A DNA stretch of 64,000 nucleotides from Flavobacteriales bacterium. GTDB taxonomy: Bacteria; Bacteroidota; Bacteroidia; UBA10329. The notes below the pieces were generated by a model that was not told where the DNA came from, did no database searches, and saw nothing but the letters and a program-made list of their open reading frames with translations. Shown in pieces: positions 26,308 through 36,672 of this stretch. Both the position numbers and the translations under genes were made by a program. Numbering within the stretch: position 1 is the first letter of the stretch; every line of letters begins with the position of its first letter. The stretch spans positions 23,908 through 87,907 of the forward strand of contig JAIOYO010000004.1 in NCBI GenBank assembly GCA_021741075.1, read 5' to 3'.

Positions 26308-27252
26308 ATGAAACACACCCTAACTACATGCTTTATAGTATGCACAACAGTTTTGTTGAGCCTTGGTCAAACTGCTAAAAAACCAACCATCATGATCGCA
26401 CCAGCAGATGACTGGATGACATCTAAAGGTTTTATGGACAAGGTCGATAATCAAGGAACCGTAGAATATGTTCCCAATTACGACAAAGCATTTCATGAAT
26501 ATCCACAACTCAATAATATCATCACAGCTATAGATAGAGCAATGATTGATAGAGGATTTCCAACGCAACGCCTAAAGGAAACACTCGATGAAATGAAAGA
26601 ACAAGCAGCAGAAGACAACTACCTCCAATCAAAAACAGGAGACGGCATCAGCGAAAACATCATCGATCAACTAGCCAAAACAGCCAAAGCAGATATTTGG
26701 ATGAAAGTATTCTGGGAAGTAAAAACCATTGGACCTAAAAAACAAGTAACCTTCAGGCTTGATGGAATAGATTCCTATACAAATAAAGCCGTTGCAACCG
26801 AACTAGGAACCGGGGCAGCTTCATTTTCTGCCACCGAAGACGTTTTGGTTGAAGAAGCCGTCATAGCAAACATGGACGGATTCAATTCACGACTACAAGC
26901 AACATTCGATAAATGGTTTACCGAAGGAAGAGAAATATCCTTGAGAATTAAAACATGGAGTGCTTGGGAATATGATCTAGAAAGCGAAGATTTTGGCGAT
27001 GCCGAATTGAATATCCTCATCGAAACATGGATTGAGAACAATGCCAACAATTCCCCCAACATTTCAGTCTCAACCCAAAACCAGATGGTGATAAAAGAAT
27101 TGCGAATTCCCATGTTAGATGAAAAAGGAAAAGGAAACGATGCCAAGAAATGGGCAAGAGGACTTACAAGCTACCTCAAAGGACTCGGTATTGAAGCCAA
27201 ACTCATGACCAAAGGCTTGGGTCAGGCACAATTGGTTCTCGGAGGTAAATAA
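26308..27252 (+). CDS. secreted protein, unknown function (314 aa; possibly DUF6175-like)
   Basis: Signal peptide, then KKPTIMIAPADDWM. The DUF6175 resemblance is from memory only. 17-nt gap upstream. Confidence 0.55.
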   Translation: MKHTLTTCFIVCTTVLLSLGQTAKKPTIMIAPADDWMTSKGFMDKVDNQGTVEYVPNYDKAFHEYPQLNNIITAIDRAMIDRGFPTQRLKETLDEMKEQAAEDNYLQSKTGDGISENIIDQLAKTAKADIWMKVFWEVKTIGPKKQVTFRLDGIDSYTNKAVATELGTGAASFSATEDVLVEEAVIANMDGFNSRLQATFDKWFTEGREISLRIKTWSAWEYDLESEDFGDAELNILIETWIENNANNSPNISVSTQNQMVIKELRIPMLDEKGKGNDAKKWARGLTSYLKGLGIEAKLMTKGLGQAQLVLGGK

Positions 27253-27271
27253 CAATCAAATAAGGAAAAGA

Positions 27272-28252
27272 ATGAAAAAGCAACTCATCATAACCATCTG
27301 TGCCTTTTTATGTGGTTTCACCTCCACAAAATCTCAAGCCCAGAATACACTAGGCAAGACCGAAGACCTAGGCCGTATTGTAATTACAAGTTACGTTTCC
27401 CCACAAATAGAGGGCTTGCCTGCATCCGCAGAAAGCATGTTGATCAGTAAAATGAGTCAAATTGCTTCCGCTAATGGCCTTGGAGGAAGTGCACTGAATT
27501 CAAGATTCATCATCACCCCAAACATCACCGTCATTAACAAGGATATTACACCAACCGCACCCCCCATGCATGCCTATACCTTAGAAGTAACCTTCTTCAT
27601 AGGCGATGGTATTGACGGAACCAAGTTCGCAAGCACATCCTTGGAGGTAAAAGGGGCAGGCACCAACGAGACCAAAGCTTACATAAGTGCATTAAAACAA
27701 ATAAACCCCAACAACTCCGATTTATTGGCATTGGTAGAAAAAGGAAAGGTTAAAATAGTCGAATACTATAATTCTCGCTGCGATTTCATCATCAAAGAAG
27801 CTCAAGCTCTTGAAGGACAACAGAAATTCGATGAAGCCATCTACAAACTTACAGGCGTACCAGAAGTTTGTAAAGAGTGTTTCGACAAAAGCATGGATGC
27901 CGTTGCTCCCATCTATCAGAAACAGATAGATAGAGATTGCGAAATACAATTAACCAAAGCACAAAACGCCTGGAACAGTGGACAAGACACTCGTTCAGCT
28001 GATGAAGCAGCAAGCTATTTAGCACATATAGAGCCTGCAGCAGCTTGCTACACAAAGGCAGGGGCACTATCAAAGACAATAGCAGCCAGAGTGAAAGAAT
28101 TAGACCAACGAGAATGGAACTTCAAACTCAAGGAACAACAAGATGAAGTAAACATCAGAAAAGCCACCATTGCTGCAGCCAGAGATGTGGGCGTTGCATA
28201 CGGAAACAATCAACCAAAATCGGTTACTTATAATGTGAGTGGGTGGTGGTAG
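27272..28252 (+). CDS. secreted protein, unknown function (326 aa, six Cys including CKEC)
   Basis: Signal peptide ICAFLCGFTSTKSQAQ. Cys pattern C..VPEVCKEC..C..AAAC. Ends GWW. 19-nt gap upstream. Confidence 0.6.
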   Translation: MKKQLIITICAFLCGFTSTKSQAQNTLGKTEDLGRIVITSYVSPQIEGLPASAESMLISKMSQIASANGLGGSALNSRFIITPNITVINKDITPTAPPMHAYTLEVTFFIGDGIDGTKFASTSLEVKGAGTNETKAYISALKQINPNNSDLLALVEKGKVKIVEYYNSRCDFIIKEAQALEGQQKFDEAIYKLTGVPEVCKECFDKSMDAVAPIYQKQIDRDCEIQLTKAQNAWNSGQDTRSADEAASYLAHIEPAAACYTKAGALSKTIAARVKELDQREWNFKLKEQQDEVNIRKATIAAARDVGVAYGNNQPKSVTYNVSGWW

Positions 28253-28400
28253 GCACTGAGTAACAGATACATATGTTGAATTTGCCATTGCCAATATGTT
28301 TGGTCATTCTCGCTCCAAATAGCGTTCACTCGTAAGCGAAAGAACCTTACTTGCCACTTCCCTTCTTTCTTCGTTCCTTTCGGTCAAATCGTTAGACACT

Positions 28401-28727
28401 ATGACCATAGAACAAGCCCAAAAAACCGTTGACGAGTGGATCAACAGCGTAGGAGTAAGATACTACAGCGAACTCACCAACATGGCCATCCTGACGGAGG
28501 AAGTGGGAGAAGTGGCACGCATTATTGCCAGACGTTACGGAGAACAATCAGAAAAAGAAAGCGACAAAGACAAAGACCTAGGCGATGAAATGGCCGATGT
28601 GCTGTTTGTACTGCTATGTCTTGCCAATCAAACAGGAGTAGATCTTACAGAAGCATTGAACAAGAACTTGGAAAAGAAGACAGTTAGAGATGCCGAACGA
28701 CATCAAAACAATCCAAAACTGAGGTAG
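28401..28727 (+). CDS. MazG-like nucleotide pyrophosphohydrolase
   Basis: LTEEVGEVARII...LGDEMADVLFVLLCLAN shows the EExxE/D-type MazG motifs; 108 aa. Confidence 0.8.
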   Translation: MTIEQAQKTVDEWINSVGVRYYSELTNMAILTEEVGEVARIIARRYGEQSEKESDKDKDLGDEMADVLFVLLCLANQTGVDLTEALNKNLEKKTVRDAERHQNNPKLR

Positions 28728-28750
28728 AGACGCGATGCTTCGCGTCTCTA
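28725..28750. repeat. perfect 11-bp palindrome between convergent genes (terminator-like, no U-tract)
   Basis: TAGAGACGCGA-TGCT-TCGCGTCTCTA. It shares the GAGACGC stem start with the MITE-like element. Confidence 0.8.
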
Positions 28751-28754
28751 CAGA

Positions 28755-29501
28755 CTAATATTCCTTCTTAACAGATTGAACAAAATTTATGAGCTGAACC
28801 CAATAGTCCGTTTCGCCATCTGTTCCTTTTTCTAAGCAAGCTGCTCCATGCGCCCCGCCTTTTGGAGGAGCAAAGTAGATTTTCTTCTTACTTCTAATAG
28901 CATTCGCAATAGGGTCGGTGTATTTCTTCTCATCCGAACCACAAGCAATAAATGTTGGCTTGGTTAGTGCACTTGCGGTCTTCTCTACATCAAGTTTATT
29001 CCCAAAATATTCTCCCGGACTAAAAGCTATTACGGCCTTTACTTGCGACATTTCGCTACCAAGCTTAATAGCCAGAGAAGCAGAATAAGAACTTCCAAGA
29101 ACAATTACAGGCTTACGAGCAATAAGGTACGCCTTTTCAATGGCGGCTTTCATGTCAATTTCAGAATCCAAGTATTCTGTTCCTAGTCCAGTCTCCTTAG
29201 CAAGAACATAGGTTTCATTTACAATAAAGTTGGCTTCTTTTCCCGAGCGGAGGTCAACCGCCATGCAATTCAATTCCAGTTTATTCAGTTTGATAGCAAT
29301 CTTCTGATATTCGCCACGGCTTGATTGCGCTTTATGAAACAATACAATCCAAGGATAACTTGGGTCTGCTTCATACATATCTGCTGTAATGGTTACGCCA
29401 TCCTTTGAAGGAAACTTTACACGTCTTGCAGTCTGTGCTTCAACGTTAAGAGTGCCCAACAAGGAAATCATAAGCACGCTTACAAAACTTAATCTCATCA
29501 T
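28755..29501 (-). CDS. secreted alpha/beta-fold hydrolase candidate
   Basis: 248 aa with a signal peptide. VLGSSYSASLAI is a possible nucleophile region and GGAHGAA lies near the C-terminus. Weak assignment. Confidence 0.45.
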   Translation of the reverse strand: MMRLSFVSVLMISLLGTLNVEAQTARRVKFPSKDGVTITADMYEADPSYPWIVLFHKAQSSRGEYQKIAIKLNKLELNCMAVDLRSGKEANFIVNETYVLAKETGLGTEYLDSEIDMKAAIEKAYLIARKPVIVLGSSYSASLAIKLGSEMSQVKAVIAFSPGEYFGNKLDVEKTASALTKPTFIACGSDEKKYTDPIANAIRSKKKIYFAPPKGGAHGAACLEKGTDGETDYWVQLINFVQSVKKEY

Positions 29502-29569
29502 TTTCGAAAATTACGATTGCTTACGCTCCGATATCAATATATGTTCCATTTTTTCCAACAGGCTATTAT

Positions 29570-29602
29570 TAAAAAGCCCCGTTCGTACAAACGAACAGGG
29601 CT
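29570..29602 (-). terminator. rho-independent terminator of atpDC
   Basis: The minus strand reads AGCCCTGTTCG-TTTGTA-CGAACGGGGCT followed by TTTTT, 25 nt after the atpC stop. Confidence 0.75.
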
Positions 29603-29627
29603 TTCAATTGTTTAAATAAGATTCAGA

Positions 29628-29867
29628 TTACTTTTCTGCTAGAACAATAACCTTATTGTTATTCATTTCTACAACGCCACCACCAATATCAAAGTATTGA
29701 ACATCTCCGTCTGTAGCTTCCACCTTCACTCTTCCTTTTACCAATGTGGCAACAATAGGAGCATGATTGTTAAGAATACCAAAAAGACCTTCTTTTCCTG
29801 GCAATTGCACGTGGCGCGCTTCGCCTTCAAAAACCTTTTCGTCTGGTGTTACTATTTCTACTTGCAT
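29628..29867 (-). CDS. atpC: F0F1 ATP synthase subunit epsilon (short form)
   Basis: 79 aa, MQVEIVTPDEKVFEGEA...HAPIVATL, located directly downstream of atpD. Confidence 0.85.
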   Translation of the reverse strand: MQVEIVTPDEKVFEGEARHVQLPGKEGLFGILNNHAPIVATLVKGRVKVEATDGDVQYFDIGGGVVEMNNNKVIVLAEK

Positions 29868-29900
29868 CTTGGTTTGTTAAGATTCAAAGTTTAAAGCTGA

Positions 29901-31406
<1,506 letters not shown>

Positions 31407-31452
31407 TTATTCTTCTTTTTATATCGTATTAATAGGCTCGATTTTCGGAGCG

Positions 31453-31480
31453 CAAAAATAGGTCATACGTTCTGCACCAA
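31453..31480 (-). promoter_or_regulatory. Bacteroidota-type promoter (TTG-N17-TATTTTTG) for atpDC
   Basis: The minus strand reads TTGGTGCAGAACGTATGACCTATTTTTG, about 47 nt upstream of the atpD ATG. Confidence 0.4.
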
Positions 31481-31719
31481 CAACACCTGTTCAGAATTTG
31501 TTAACAAGCCTTGATAAACGTCAGTTTTTCAACTCAAAATCAGTGGTTTTTGGGCGGTCAGTCTGTTCGCTGTATCTTTTTTTCAGCCTTCATTGAGCAC
31601 TGCCGAAATAACGGCAGAGGAAAAATAGATGCCGCTTCCATCCTTAACGCAAAGCTGTCTACAAACATTGGCAAAGTCCTTCATGGTTTTCAAAACCCAC
31701 TAGGTCTAGTTTCAATAGA

Positions 31720-31727
31720 TATTTTTG
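31720..31727 (+). promoter_or_regulatory. -7 box TATTTTTG upstream of ribF
   Basis: Matches TAnnTTTG and lies 20 nt before the TTG start at 31747. No clear -33 element. Confidence 0.3.
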
Positions 31728-31746
31728 TCAACCCAAAACAACACGG

Positions 31747-32670
31747 TTGAAGGTTTATCACTCCATAGACGAATTCCAAACAGTAAAAGACGCGGTTGTC
31801 ACCACGGGCACTTTTGACGGTGTGCATGTGGGACACCGTAAAATCATTTCTCGATTAAACGAAATTGCAGATAAGATTGGTGGTGAAAGCGTATTGCTTA
31901 CGTTTCATCCGCATCCGCGAATGGTTCTTTTCCCAGACGATCATGATTTGGAACTCATCACAACTATGGATGAGAAAATTCAACTTTTGAAAGAAGCTGG
32001 AGTTCAGAACCTAATCATTCATCCGTTTACCAGAGAATTTTCGCGCATTAAATCCATCGATTTTATCCGCGATATTATTGTAGAGAAACTTGGTACATCT
32101 GTTCTTGTCATTGGCTACGACCATCATTTTGGCCGAAACCGAGAAGGCAGCTTCGAGCATTTAAAAGAATCGGGCCCACTGTACGGTTTTCAGGTTGAAG
32201 AAATTTCGGTTCATGATGTAGATGATGTGGCCGTAAGCTCCACAAAGATTAGAAAGGCATTGCAAGAAGGAGACGTGCTTACAGCCAGCAGGTATTTGTC
32301 GCATAGCTATCAACTGTCAGGAACGGTCATTCATGGAGATAAACTAGGCAGAGAACTTGGTTATCCAACCGCCAATATTCAGATTGAAGACAGAAATAAG
32401 GTTATTCCAGCCAACGGTGTCTACGCATGTTACGTCATACTTAATGAAGAAAAATTTAAAGGCATGCTCAATATTGGCACTCGTCCTACCGTTAAGGGAC
32501 AAGTTAGGCGAATTGAAGTCAATATCTTCGATTTTGAACAGGAGTTGTACGATAAGCGATTAGTAGTGGAGTTGAAGGATCGAATCAGAGACGAAAGAAA
32601 GTTTGAAAATGTGGAGCAACTGAAACAACGATTAGCGATTGATAAAAACTTAGCTTTAAGAATACTATGA
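31747..32670 (+). CDS. ribF: bifunctional riboflavin kinase / FAD synthetase
   Basis: TGTFDGVHVGHRKI (FAD synthetase) and GDKLGRELGYPTANI (riboflavin kinase). TTG start. Confidence 0.9.
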   Translation: MKVYHSIDEFQTVKDAVVTTGTFDGVHVGHRKIISRLNEIADKIGGESVLLTFHPHPRMVLFPDDHDLELITTMDEKIQLLKEAGVQNLIIHPFTREFSRIKSIDFIRDIIVEKLGTSVLVIGYDHHFGRNREGSFEHLKESGPLYGFQVEEISVHDVDDVAVSSTKIRKALQEGDVLTASRYLSHSYQLSGTVIHGDKLGRELGYPTANIQIEDRNKVIPANGVYACYVILNEEKFKGMLNIGTRPTVKGQVRRIEVNIFDFEQELYDKRLVVELKDRIRDERKFENVEQLKQRLAIDKNLALRIL

Positions 32671-33266
32671 GGTTTGTTTTCGGAGTCATATTTATGCTAA
32701 TTAGTTCAGTTTCTTATGCCCAAAACTGGACATTAGATGCACTCGAAAATCAGATATATCAATACACATCACTAGAAGAAGCATTGGCTGCACCACGCGA
32801 TAGCGTTTACAGTCTTAAACTGAAAAACCGTTTGAGAGAAGTTCCGCCCGAAGTGTTTACAGCTTTCCCTAATCTTCAATGGCTGGATTTGAGTAAAAAC
32901 AGGTTGGTTGACATTCCGTCCAATATTGGTTTGTTAAAAAACCTTAAAAAACTCATTCTGTATAAGAATAAAATAGAGTCGCTTCCACCCCAAATCGGTG
33001 AGCTAGAAAACCTGCAAGAACTCATTATTAATCAGAATGAACTAGTGACCTTGCCGGAGGAAATCGGAAACCTCAAAAAGCTCCGATATTTAGATATGTG
33101 GAGCAATAATATAACACGATTACCAGGTTCTATGGCGGAAATGTATGCCTTGGAAGAAGTGGATCTTCGGGTTATAGTTATGACCCAATCTGAACAAGAA
33201 GACATCAAAATTTTGCTCCCAAATGCAGAAGTGAAAATGGACAACCACTGCAATTGCGGCAATTAA
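32667..33266 (+). CDS. secreted leucine-rich repeat (LRR) protein
   Basis: Signal peptide plus about 5 LxxLxxLxLxxNxLxxLP repeats. 4-nt overlap with ribF. Confidence 0.8.
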   Translation: MRFVFGVIFMLISSVSYAQNWTLDALENQIYQYTSLEEALAAPRDSVYSLKLKNRLREVPPEVFTAFPNLQWLDLSKNRLVDIPSNIGLLKNLKKLILYKNKIESLPPQIGELENLQELIINQNELVTLPEEIGNLKKLRYLDMWSNNITRLPGSMAEMYALEEVDLRVIVMTQSEQEDIKILLPNAEVKMDNHCNCGN

Positions 33267-33319
33267 CCATTGTTGCTAGTTGCTTCTGTGTTTTCTATTT
33301 TCAACGCAAATTCACCATC

Positions 33320-33679
33320 ATGAAAAATCGTCACATTAAAACACTGTTGCTTTTCTGCGTTTTTGCGAGCTGGGTTGGACTCAGTTCTTGGACTGGAGGA
33401 CCTGCACCAGAGTGTAAAAATGACAGTCTCGCCATAATTCGCGTAGTGAAGCCTACTAACGAGTTGTTTAAGATTAAGCCTGTGGTATTCATCTCAAAGG
33501 GATTTGGCAAGATTGATCAAGTAAAGGTGAATGATGCAGATTATGGCAATGGCGACCTCGTGCTAAAGCAGACGCTCACCGAACTTCTTTCTAACGGTTA
33601 CACCATTCAAACGGCTACTGAAAGTTCAGAATCGGGTATGCAATTGAATACCTATTACTTAAGGAAAAAAGTCATTTAA
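33320..33679 (+). CDS. small secreted hypothetical protein
   Basis: 119 aa from MKNRHIKTLLLFCVFASWVGLS; no recognised domain. Confidence 0.4.
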   Translation: MKNRHIKTLLLFCVFASWVGLSSWTGGPAPECKNDSLAIIRVVKPTNELFKIKPVVFISKGFGKIDQVKVNDADYGNGDLVLKQTLTELLSNGYTIQTATESSESGMQLNTYYLRKKVI

Positions 33680-33697
33680 GTAATGCTTATTCTCAGC

Positions 33698-34168
33698 TTA
33701 AAAAAGCAAACCTTGCGCACTTTCGTGCTCCAGCAACCATTGCTTCCTCTTTAAACCACCAGCGTAACCAGTCAAATTACCATCACTGCCAACAACTCGG
33801 TGGCACGGAATAATAATGGCAATCGGATTTTTTCCATTTGCAGTTCCTGCAGCACGAATCACTTTTGGGTCTCCCAAACGTTTTGCCATATCCATGTAGG
33901 AAATGGTTTTTCCAAATGGAATGTTCTGCAATTCTGCCCAAACAGATTTCTGAAAGACGGTTCCGTTAGGATTTAAAGGAAGATCGAATTCGGTTCTTTT
34001 TCCATCAAAATATTCGTCCAGTTGCTGAAAGCAATCTTTGAGGATACCATTGAGATTCTTGGATTCAGGAAAAGAACCATCCTCTAAAAATTTGAGTTCT
34101 ACGATTGAGTTGTTTTCCTCAATTATTTCTAACCAACTGATTGGCGATTTGTAGCATGCCGTATTCAC
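33698..34168 (-). CDS. ogt: methylated-DNA-protein-cysteine methyltransferase
   Basis: Active site IIPCHRVV and helix-turn-wing KTISYMDMAKRLG. Confidence 0.9.
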   Translation of the reverse strand: MNTACYKSPISWLEIIEENNSIVELKFLEDGSFPESKNLNGILKDCFQQLDEYFDGKRTEFDLPLNPNGTVFQKSVWAELQNIPFGKTISYMDMAKRLGDPKVIRAAGTANGKNPIAIIIPCHRVVGSDGNLTGYAGGLKRKQWLLEHESAQGLLF

Positions 34169-34191
34169 AATTCAAGAATACGGATGTTAAT

Positions 34192-36567
34192 CTAGAACTT
34201 CAGCATAAGCATGGTCATAAAATTGAACCCAGCTTGCGGATAATAGTAGTTCTCCGAGGTCTGTTCTCCACCATATATATAGGAGAAAGTATATCCGTTT
34301 GATTCGTAAAATTGATTAAAAATGTTGTTCAACTGAACACCAATGCCAATCTCGCGGAAGAATTTCCAGCCGAAACTGTATCGCAAACTCAACTGACCGT
34401 TTACATAGTCGTTCAACATTCGGTCGCGGTTGGAGGCGTTGTCTAAGAATTGTTCCCCAACATACTTCGTGATAAATGAGCCTTTCAAATTCTTGATAGG
34501 TTCGTAGGTTAAATTTGCTGCGACTATATAATTGGGCGAAAATGCGATGTCGGTCAAGCCGTGATGAATCGCTACTTGGCCGCCATTGTCGAAATCGTCC
34601 ATGTATTCGGTGAAATCCCAGATTTTGCTTTGGCTCCAAGTAAAGTTTCCTGCCAGATTCAAGTTCTTGAGAATGTTTACGCTCCACATCAGTTCAATAC
34701 CATAGCGGTCGCTCCAATCTACATTTTGACTTGTGTAAGCGCCCACATCGTTGATTTCTCCTGTTGGCACCAATTGATTCTGATAAATCATCCAAAAAGC
34801 GTTGAGCCCGATGGAGTAGGAACGCGATTTTCGTTCATAGCCCAATTCCCAATCATATAACGTTTCATGCTTCGGACGAGAAATTTGTGTTGCTTCCACC
34901 AAGTCTTTTCTGGCCGGTTCGCGGTTTCCTATAGCTAATGAAGTGTAAACTCGATTTCGGCTGTTTAAATCGGAGTTGAAACCAACTTTTGGGTTGAAAA
35001 ACAGCCAATTCAGTCGTTGCTCACTGGTGCTGATTCTTCCAAAAATATCGGCCTCAGGGCCTTCAAATATGTATTCAATCGAACGCACTTGCAGGTCTGC
35101 AAACAGATTCACTTTTGAATGAGCTTGGTAATTCGCACGGATAAATGCGCTGATGTCGGTTTTGCGCGCATCGTCTTCGTAATAGCGTTGGTCAAGCGCT
35201 TCGTATTTGGTGAATTCGGTTTGAATAACCTCACCAAAATGTTCTCCTACGTATTGATTCCAGCCACCGCCAATCGTGGCGTTTACCTTCTTTCCAGTAT
35301 AATTTACGGCATAGGTGAAGCCATAGAAATGATTGTCCAACCAGCGTCTTCTTACCAGGTCACCAATGGCAAAAAGCGAATCGCCAACCAAAACTGGTTC
35401 CAACCCATAATTTGCGAGTTCGTCTTGTTCACGAAACTGTTCGAAGTACCCCTTTCCTCGTGTGTAATGTCCGTTTATGTTGATGTTCCAGTTGCGGTCA
35501 AACTCGTGCGCAATTATGAGTTGATAATGGTCTTGACCGTAATTGTCAACCTCATTTTCGTAAGTGTAATAGTTGTAGGTTCGGTTGGTAGCAAGCGAAT
35601 CTTGTGGCGTTCCGTACCAAGCTTGATAGGTTCGTTCTCTTCCGCCAAGGGCGTTGAATCGAATCATAGTTTTTTTGCCATGATAAGCTGCCGAACCATA
35701 CCACGACCAGAGATCTGAAGTTGCTCTATCAATATAACCATCGGAAGAAATCCGACTGAATCGACCATCAATTGTGAATTTGTTGGCAATAAGTCCTGAA
35801 CCTGCCGAAACGGTGTGTCGCCATGTGTTGAAGGAGCCATATCCATTCATCGTTTCTACGTACCATTTCTTACGAACGGTATTGGTTTGCATGTTGATGC
35901 TGGCGCCAAAAGCTGCAGCGCCATTGCTGCTTGTCCCTACTCCTCGTTGCACTTGGATATTATCTAAACTCGAAGCTAAATCGGGCATATTTACCCAGAA
36001 AACGCCATGCGATTCCGAATCGTTAATCGGAATTCCGTTCAACGTAACGTTGATGCGCGTTGGATCGGTTCCACGGATTCTAATTCCGGTATAGCCAACT
36101 CCTGCGCCCGCATCCGAAGTGGAGACAACACTCGGTTCTAACTCTAATAAGACGGGAATATCCTGACCGAAATTTCGGCTTTCAATGGTTTCCAAATCTA
36201 CATTGGTGTATGCGGTAGCTGTGTTCCTATTTGCTCGGGTTGAACTAACAACAACCGCATCTTTCTCGTAAGAAGTTGGAGTTAGGTAAACTTGAATCGC
36301 CTCATTCTGACCTGCAAACACCGCCACTTCCTGCTCGATAAATCCAATAAAGCTTAGGTTAATTTTTACCGAATCAGGCTTGCCGTAGCGAATTTCAAAC
36401 TTGCCTTCAGAATCTGTATACGTTCCGCTAAATGTTCCCGATACGGTGATATTTACGCCAGGAATAGCCAAGCTGTCCGAAGCCGAATAAACATTCCCTA
36501 AAATTGACTGAGCCTGAATTTGTAAAGCGCATAGGCATAGCGCCACAATTGAAATTTGTTTTTTCAT
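34192..36567 (-). CDS. TonB-dependent receptor with an N-terminal carboxypeptidase-regulatory-like domain
   Basis: Signal peptide. Plug motifs (VVVSSTRA..., IQVQRGVGTSSNGAAAFGASINMQT). Ends with the aromatic terminus ...MLMLKF. Confidence 0.9.
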   Translation of the reverse strand: MKKQISIVALCLCALQIQAQSILGNVYSASDSLAIPGVNITVSGTFSGTYTDSEGKFEIRYGKPDSVKINLSFIGFIEQEVAVFAGQNEAIQVYLTPTSYEKDAVVVSSTRANRNTATAYTNVDLETIESRNFGQDIPVLLELEPSVVSTSDAGAGVGYTGIRIRGTDPTRINVTLNGIPINDSESHGVFWVNMPDLASSLDNIQVQRGVGTSSNGAAAFGASINMQTNTVRKKWYVETMNGYGSFNTWRHTVSAGSGLIANKFTIDGRFSRISSDGYIDRATSDLWSWYGSAAYHGKKTMIRFNALGGRERTYQAWYGTPQDSLATNRTYNYYTYENEVDNYGQDHYQLIIAHEFDRNWNININGHYTRGKGYFEQFREQDELANYGLEPVLVGDSLFAIGDLVRRRWLDNHFYGFTYAVNYTGKKVNATIGGGWNQYVGEHFGEVIQTEFTKYEALDQRYYEDDARKTDISAFIRANYQAHSKVNLFADLQVRSIEYIFEGPEADIFGRISTSEQRLNWLFFNPKVGFNSDLNSRNRVYTSLAIGNREPARKDLVEATQISRPKHETLYDWELGYERKSRSYSIGLNAFWMIYQNQLVPTGEINDVGAYTSQNVDWSDRYGIELMWSVNILKNLNLAGNFTWSQSKIWDFTEYMDDFDNGGQVAIHHGLTDIAFSPNYIVAANLTYEPIKNLKGSFITKYVGEQFLDNASNRDRMLNDYVNGQLSLRYSFGWKFFREIGIGVQLNNIFNQFYESNGYTFSYIYGGEQTSENYYYPQAGFNFMTMLMLKF

Positions 36568-36650
36568 CTCCTTCCGCCAGCATTACCTGGATCAAGTTGT
36601 AGGGTATTATCTCAGCCCGATTTTCGGGCACCCCTGATTGGCGGCAAAGT
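36568..36650 (-). promoter_or_regulatory. TPP (THI-box) riboswitch
   Basis: The minus strand reads GCCGCCAAUCAGGGGUGCCCGAAAAUCGGGCUGAGAUAAUACCCUACAACUUGAUCCAGGUAAUGCUGGCGGAAGGAG immediately before the receptor ATG. It contains the conserved GGGGUGC, CUGAGA, ACCC and (A)CYUGAUC..GGUAAUGC..GCG elements. Confidence 0.85.
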
Positions 36651-36672
36651 TAATGTGAAAAGAATAGAAGAA

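Noticed and set aside
31511-31750. 79-aa ORF in the 340-bp atpD/ribF divergent intergenic region, and a possible FMN riboswitch before ribF
   Set aside because: The ORF has no motif and overlaps the promoter regions. No FMN-element core sequences are present.
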